Positions 50,441-54,865 of a stretch of 54,865 nucleotides of DNA are shown here, one piece after another (position 1 is the first letter of the stretch; every line of letters begins with the position of its first letter). This DNA is from Coraliomargaritaceae bacterium (GTDB lineage Bacteria > Verrucomicrobiota > Verrucomicrobiia > Opitutales > Coraliomargaritaceae), in assembly GCA_965656495.1 (NCBI GenBank), contig CBFHKU010000008.1, positions 27,739 through 82,603 of the forward strand, in the 5' to 3' direction. The position numbers and the translations under genes were made by a program. The notes under the pieces are model-generated. The model searched no databases and had not been told where the DNA came from. It saw only the letters and a list, made by a program, of their open reading frames with translations.

Positions 50441-51350
50441 GTCGGGAACGTGGCTGCAGCCACATCTGGATAAGATCTACGATAAGGTTAAAGCTGATGA
50501 TCAGGACGGCGTAAAAGAGCACCGTTCCCATTACGAGGGTATAGTCGCGATTGAGGGCGGCATTTACAAAGAACGGTCCGAGGCCCGGAATGAAGAATAG
50601 CGTCTCAACCACGAAGGAACCACTGATGAGTCCCGCCGCCGCAGGTCCGAGAAATGAGATCACCGGTTGCATCGCTGAACGCATGGCATGACGCCGGATC
50701 ACGGTCCAGGCAGACAGTCCCTTTGCGCGGGCGCTGCGAATCCAGTCGTTTTGTAAAACTTCCAACATGCCGCCCCGGGCGAGGCGCGCGATGTAGGCGG
50801 CGTACATGAGCCCGAGGGTTAGGGCGGGCAGGATGCGATCACTGGAAAAATTCCACCCAAGGGGATTGAACCAATCGAGAGTCAGGGCAAAGGCGAGGAT
50901 CAGGATGGGACCAATCACGAATGAGGGCAGGCAGATCCCGAGGGTGGCGATTGCCATTAAGACGGATTCAGCGGCCTGATTGTGCCGCAGGGCTGCCAAA
51001 ACGCCGAGCGGGATCCCGATCGCAAGGGCGATCAGCAATGCCCAAAGACCCAGTTCAAGCGAGACCGGAAAGGCCTGCGCAATAACTTCCTGCACCTCCC
51101 AACCTGCGTATTGATAGGACGGCCCAAGGTCGCCACGCAATAGATTGCCCAGAAAATGGAGGTATTGGACGTGAAGCGGATCGTCCAGACCGTAGTGCGC
51201 CTCGATTTGTAGTTTGATTTCATCAGACACCGGTTTTTCAGAATCAAAGGGACCGCCCGGGGCAAGACGTAGCAGCACAAAGGTGGCGGTGGCGATAACC
51301 CAAAGCGTGGGGATTGCCTGCAGCAGGCGTCTTGCGATCAGGGATAACAT
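50433..51350 (-). CDS. oppB: Oligopeptide ABC permease
   Basis: LAPGGPF, GDLGPSY, ARAKGL, GSFVVE.LF.IPGLG, NRDY. Confidence 0.92.
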   Translation of the reverse strand: MLSLIARRLLQAIPTLWVIATATFVLLRLAPGGPFDSEKPVSDEIKLQIEAHYGLDDPLHVQYLHFLGNLLRGDLGPSYQYAGWEVQEVIAQAFPVSLELGLWALLIALAIGIPLGVLAALRHNQAAESVLMAIATLGICLPSFVIGPILILAFALTLDWFNPLGWNFSSDRILPALTLGLMYAAYIARLARGGMLEVLQNDWIRSARAKGLSAWTVIRRHAMRSAMQPVISFLGPAAAGLISGSFVVETLFFIPGLGPFFVNAALNRDYTLVMGTVLFYAVLIISFNLIVDLIQMWLQPRSRHD

Positions 51351-51352
51351 TT

Positions 51353-52981
51353 TTAAGGTTCGAGACGCACGGCCTGATAGGGGTGGTTGTCAAGAATGCT
51401 CGGGTACCAGCCCTTGACGGAGGGATGAATCAAGCGACTGGTCACATAAAAATAAATAGGAATCACCGGCAGCGCATCGATCAGGATTTCCTCTGCTTCT
51501 TGAAACAAGGCATGACGTGCCTCGGGATTGGTCTCGCGTGCTGCTTGCGCAATGAGGGCGTCATAACGCGGGTCATGCCAATTGGTGTGGTTGTTGCCGT
51601 TGTCGCTCTCCCCGAGGCTCAGGAAGGTGTTGGGATCGTCGTAATCACCATACCATGCCGCGCGCAGGATGTCGAAGTCACCGCTTTCGCGGGTCGCGAG
51701 ATAGGCTTTCCATTCTTGATTGTGCAACTCGATTTCGATGCCGAGTTCCTTTTTCCACATTTCCTGAATGGCGACTGCGAGGGTGCGGTGCGATTCGCTG
51801 GTGTTGAAGAGCAGTTGCAGCTTGGGGAAACCCTTGCCTCCGGGGTAGCCGGCTTCCGCCAGGCGTTGGCGCGCGAGGTCGGGATCAAAGGGCAGGCGGG
51901 CCCTCGCATGATAGCCGCCGGTGTTGGGCGGGGTAAAATGAAAGGCCGGTTTTTGCCCAGCTTTCAGGACGTGTTCGGTCAATTGCGCCCGGTCAATCGC
52001 ATACGCCAGCGCTTGTCGGACCTTTGGTTCATTGAGGGGGCGCCGCTCGGTGTTGAGCATATAATAATAGACCCCCAGCGCCGTGTCGAATCGGAGTCGT
52101 TCAGGCTGGTTTTCCCGATACCAATCAATGCGGTGGATGGGCACGGAACTGGTGAGATGGAGATGGCCGGCGCGAAAGGCGCGTTCCTCGCTCTGTACTG
52201 CGATGGGTAAGAAATGGAGACCGTTGAGCGCTACCTTTGAATGCTCGCGGTAGTGCGGATTGCGTACCGCATGAATACCGTTATTCAAACGCCAGCGTTT
52301 GAGAATGAAGGGGCCATTGCCGACGAAATTCCCGGGCTTGGTCCACTTTGAAATGCGATCAGTCATGCCGCCATGCTCCAGAATGGTGGGGGGATGCACC
52401 GGCCACCAGGTATTGTGAGCGAGCATACTGAGGAAATAAGGAGTGGGGGACTCCAGCTCAATGACGAGGGTGTGCGCATCCGGCGCGCTCACTCCGACGC
52501 TTGCGAAATCAGAGTTCTGTCCGCGATGAAAGGCTTCCGCGCCGCGCATTGGATAGAGCATGTAGGCATACGGAGCGCCGAGGGTAGGTGATAGGATGCG
52601 TTCAAAGGAAAAGATGAAATCCTGGGGCGTTACGCGGTCCCCGTTGGACCAGCGCGCCTCGGGGTCAAAATAAAAGGTATAGCGCAAACGGTCATCCGAT
52701 ACAGTCCATGAGCGTGCCACGCCTGCCTCGACTGCCATGGTCTCGGGATTGAGGGTGGTCAGTCCCTCGAGTAGCGCGAGCATCACGGAATACTCGGTGA
52801 GACCGGTCGTCAGGTGTGGGTCCAGGGCGGCGGGTTCAGCTCCGATTCCCAAATAGAGTTCCCCGTTCTCATTCCCGCGCTCCACATTGGTTTGATGCTT
52901 GGAGCACGCACACACAGCCACCAGCAATAGACAGCTAATACATTTAAGGATTCGGCGACAGGAAAACACGCGACAGAGCAT
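51353..52981 (-). CDS. oppA: Oligopeptide ABC substrate-binding lipoprotein
   Basis: Lipobox-like VCAC, EP.LDPH, ARWSNGD.VT..DF, VGNGPF, VRQALAYAIDR, W.GDY.DP.TFL. Confidence 0.92.
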   Translation of the reverse strand: MLCRVFSCRRILKCISCLLLVAVCACSKHQTNVERGNENGELYLGIGAEPAALDPHLTTGLTEYSVMLALLEGLTTLNPETMAVEAGVARSWTVSDDRLRYTFYFDPEARWSNGDRVTPQDFIFSFERILSPTLGAPYAYMLYPMRGAEAFHRGQNSDFASVGVSAPDAHTLVIELESPTPYFLSMLAHNTWWPVHPPTILEHGGMTDRISKWTKPGNFVGNGPFILKRWRLNNGIHAVRNPHYREHSKVALNGLHFLPIAVQSEERAFRAGHLHLTSSVPIHRIDWYRENQPERLRFDTALGVYYYMLNTERRPLNEPKVRQALAYAIDRAQLTEHVLKAGQKPAFHFTPPNTGGYHARARLPFDPDLARQRLAEAGYPGGKGFPKLQLLFNTSESHRTLAVAIQEMWKKELGIEIELHNQEWKAYLATRESGDFDILRAAWYGDYDDPNTFLSLGESDNGNNHTNWHDPRYDALIAQAARETNPEARHALFQEAEEILIDALPVIPIYFYVTSRLIHPSVKGWYPSILDNHPYQAVRLEP

Positions 52982-53069
52982 TTATCGGTCATCCAAGAAA
53001 TGCAAGTATGCGTGATACCGCTCCCAACTAATAAAGAGTCAAAAATATAAACACAGCGTTCCATCGCCC

Positions 53070-53156
53070 CTCTGATCCTCCGCTCCTCTGCTCCTCTGCT
53101 CCTCCGCGTTATAAGATAAAACACATAGCCCCTCCGATCCTCCGATTCTCCGCGTT
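53070..53156 (-). repeat. Solo family A arms (same family as 1-308)
   Basis: Plus strand CTCTGATC-CTCCGCTC-CTCTGCTC-CTCTGCTC-CTCCGCGTT (53070-53110) and CTCCGATC-CTCCGATT-CTCCGCGTT (53132-53156). Confidence 0.88.
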
Positions 53157-53194
53157 AAACCGTAAAATACAGAGCACCAAGAACCCCTCCCTGT

Positions 53195-54598
53195 CTACAA
53201 AAGTGGTTCGATCAGGCGCACAAAACAAGCCGCGGCTCGGTTGGGGAGAAAGCCTTTTTCTTTTATGGCTGCCTCATAATCAATACTCTGTGCATTTATG
53301 GAATCAGCCCATGTAGTCAGGGCGGTGATGTCGGATTTGGCGTGGTGGAGCAGCCCGATTTCAAAATTGAGGAAGAGGGACCGCATATCGATGTTGGCGG
53401 ATCCCAGGAGGGCGTGGCTTTCATCGGCAATGATGAGTTTGGCGTGCAGCATACGCTCGGTGAAAAAGCGAATTTCAACCCCCGCCTCGTGGAGCAATTG
53501 AAGGTAATTATGACGCGCGATGTCAGTAATGCTATGATTCGACTGCAGGGGGAGGATCAAGCGGATCTGTTTCTTGCTTCGCGCCTGAACGATCAAGGAC
53601 TGAAAGATCACTTCATCCGGGATGAAATAGGGGGTGATAATCGTCAGTTGTTCTTCAAAGGTATTTATAAGGAGGAGTATCTGCTCCCAAAGCGGGTCAT
53701 TGGGAACATCGGGTCCGCTGGCAATGACATTGATTGCGCTCTTTCCCTGTTCCTCAGGCTGGAATTCGAGGGTCGGCTTGAATGCCGCCGGATTGTGCCG
53801 AGTGGCAAAGGCCCAGTCTGCTATAAAGGTTCGACTGAGATGGGCTACTGCGGGGCCGGTAATGACAACACTCAGGTCCACAAAGCGAGCCGGATCATGC
53901 TTTGGCCCGATGAAGCGCCGGTCGATATTGTGCCCGCCCACCAAGGCGCGGCGGTGGTCAAAAATTGCCAGCTTGCGGTGGTTGCGTAAATTGGCATTGG
54001 AATGCGTTTGAAAGGGGATGACCGGCATGAACATCGCCACTTCGACCCCCGCACTGCGTAAGCGGCGACGCAATCCACGGGTGGTGTTCCAGCACCCAAG
54101 GGAGTCCAGCAGCAGACGAACCGTGAGACCATTCCGCGCTTGCTGCGCCAGGAGCTCCGCGATCTGTGCGGCAGGCGCGTCTTTCCCAAAGATGTAGGTT
54201 GCAATATGGATGGCAGTTTTTGCCTCCTTGATTTCGTGACAGATGCGTTCATAGAAGGCTTCGCCGTCGGGCAAAAGCGTTACCTCGTTACCGGTTGTTT
54301 TATTGATGGCGACTACCTCAGAGTCACGGGTGCCGGACCCGCTCAAGGCGAGTGCCTCCTTGGTCACCCGGCGTTTGATTTGGGTGGTTTTTCGGCTCTT
54401 TCGCCCTCCGAAGATCAAATATAATGGCCCGGCGATGAGCGGAACAGAAAGCACGAAAAAAAACCAGGCGAAGAAATTACCCGGCCTCCTCTTTTCCCTG
54501 AAGGCCCGACTGATAACGAGAAGCGCCAAGATGAAGCCCAAAACCGCGGTGGCATGGGTAAGGATCAGTTGCGCCCCATTACTAAGAATTTCAATCAT
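53195..54598 (-). CDS. cls: Cardiolipin synthase (PLD family)
   Basis: Two N-terminal TM helices; two HKD motifs (NHRKLAIFD..GGHN and HAKLIIAD..GSANID.RS..LNFE). Confidence 0.9.
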   Translation of the reverse strand: MIEILSNGAQLILTHATAVLGFILALLVISRAFREKRRPGNFFAWFFFVLSVPLIAGPLYLIFGGRKSRKTTQIKRRVTKEALALSGSGTRDSEVVAINKTTGNEVTLLPDGEAFYERICHEIKEAKTAIHIATYIFGKDAPAAQIAELLAQQARNGLTVRLLLDSLGCWNTTRGLRRRLRSAGVEVAMFMPVIPFQTHSNANLRNHRKLAIFDHRRALVGGHNIDRRFIGPKHDPARFVDLSVVITGPAVAHLSRTFIADWAFATRHNPAAFKPTLEFQPEEQGKSAINVIASGPDVPNDPLWEQILLLINTFEEQLTIITPYFIPDEVIFQSLIVQARSKKQIRLILPLQSNHSITDIARHNYLQLLHEAGVEIRFFTERMLHAKLIIADESHALLGSANIDMRSLFLNFEIGLLHHAKSDITALTTWADSINAQSIDYEAAIKEKGFLPNRAAACFVRLIEPLL

Positions 54599-54724
54599 AC
54601 ACCCTAAGCGTAAAATATATTTTGTAGTTCAATATGCCAACTTTATTTTAAAACTGAACCGTTTACCGGTTGTCTCAGTCCAAGATAGGCCCTTAACTTA
54701 CACTGTATTCTTAGAATTAACAAA

Positions 54725-54865
54725 ATGATCCAAAATAACAATAATCAGGGCGGCAAACGGGAGATCAACCTGCAGCAGCTAGCACAGAATTTTATGAGCG
54801 GGATGCAGCGTCATTTTGACATGCTCGCTTTCAACCTCGCCTCGCGGGAAACGGTCACGGAAGCA
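54725..54865 (+). CDS. Hypothetical protein, 5' part (runs off the window)
   Basis: Open frame MIQNNNNQGGKREINLQQLAQNFMSGMQRHFDMLAFNLASRETVTEA..., divergent from cls. Confidence 0.5.
   Translation, partial: MIQNNNNQGGKREINLQQLAQNFMSGMQRHFDMLAFNLASRETVTEA

Noticed and set aside
51314..52210. 298-aa plus-strand ORF
   Set aside because: Antisense shadow of oppA with no recognisable motifs.
52810..53124. 104-aa minus-strand ORF starting MFYLITRRSRGAEERR
   Set aside because: Its N-terminus is simply the translated family A repeat, and it overlaps oppA out of frame.

Overview
Mostly core-genome bacterial DNA, probably Verrucomicrobiota/Opitutales. That is an inference from a PEP-CTERM protein, a TIGR03790-like protein and the gene content; no database search was possible. 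There are about 50 CDS: Opp/Dpp ABC transporter parts, hemW/hemE/hemY, rpoN, two IscA/ErpA proteins, class I fumarase, lpxA/lpxB, pdxA, infC, cysCDN, ybaB-recR, aspS, proA, xseA, a TPP-riboswitch-controlled TonB receptor, a sugar aminotransferase/dehydratase pair and cls. One tRNA and several terminators are also visible. The most unusual signal is two divergent GxxExxY (PD-(D/E)XK-fold) genes, each tied to its own family of short triple-subunit repeats. Gene 2 sits between inverted 10-nt-period arms, one of which overlaps its start codon. Gene 1 follows an 'empty' inverted array of 8-nt-period arms, and that arm family reappears alone about 53 kb away. This looks like a REP/RAYT-style nuclease-plus-repeat system (inference). 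Other notable items: a tRNA-Leu with the rare AAG (A34) anticodon, a DeoC homolog lacking its catalytic residues, a PEP-CTERM protein with an amicyanin-like copper loop, a 45-aa lipoprotein missing from the ORF track, and a possible structured infC leader. Family names come from recognising motifs by eye, and many start codons were moved from the ORF track to the most plausible ATG.
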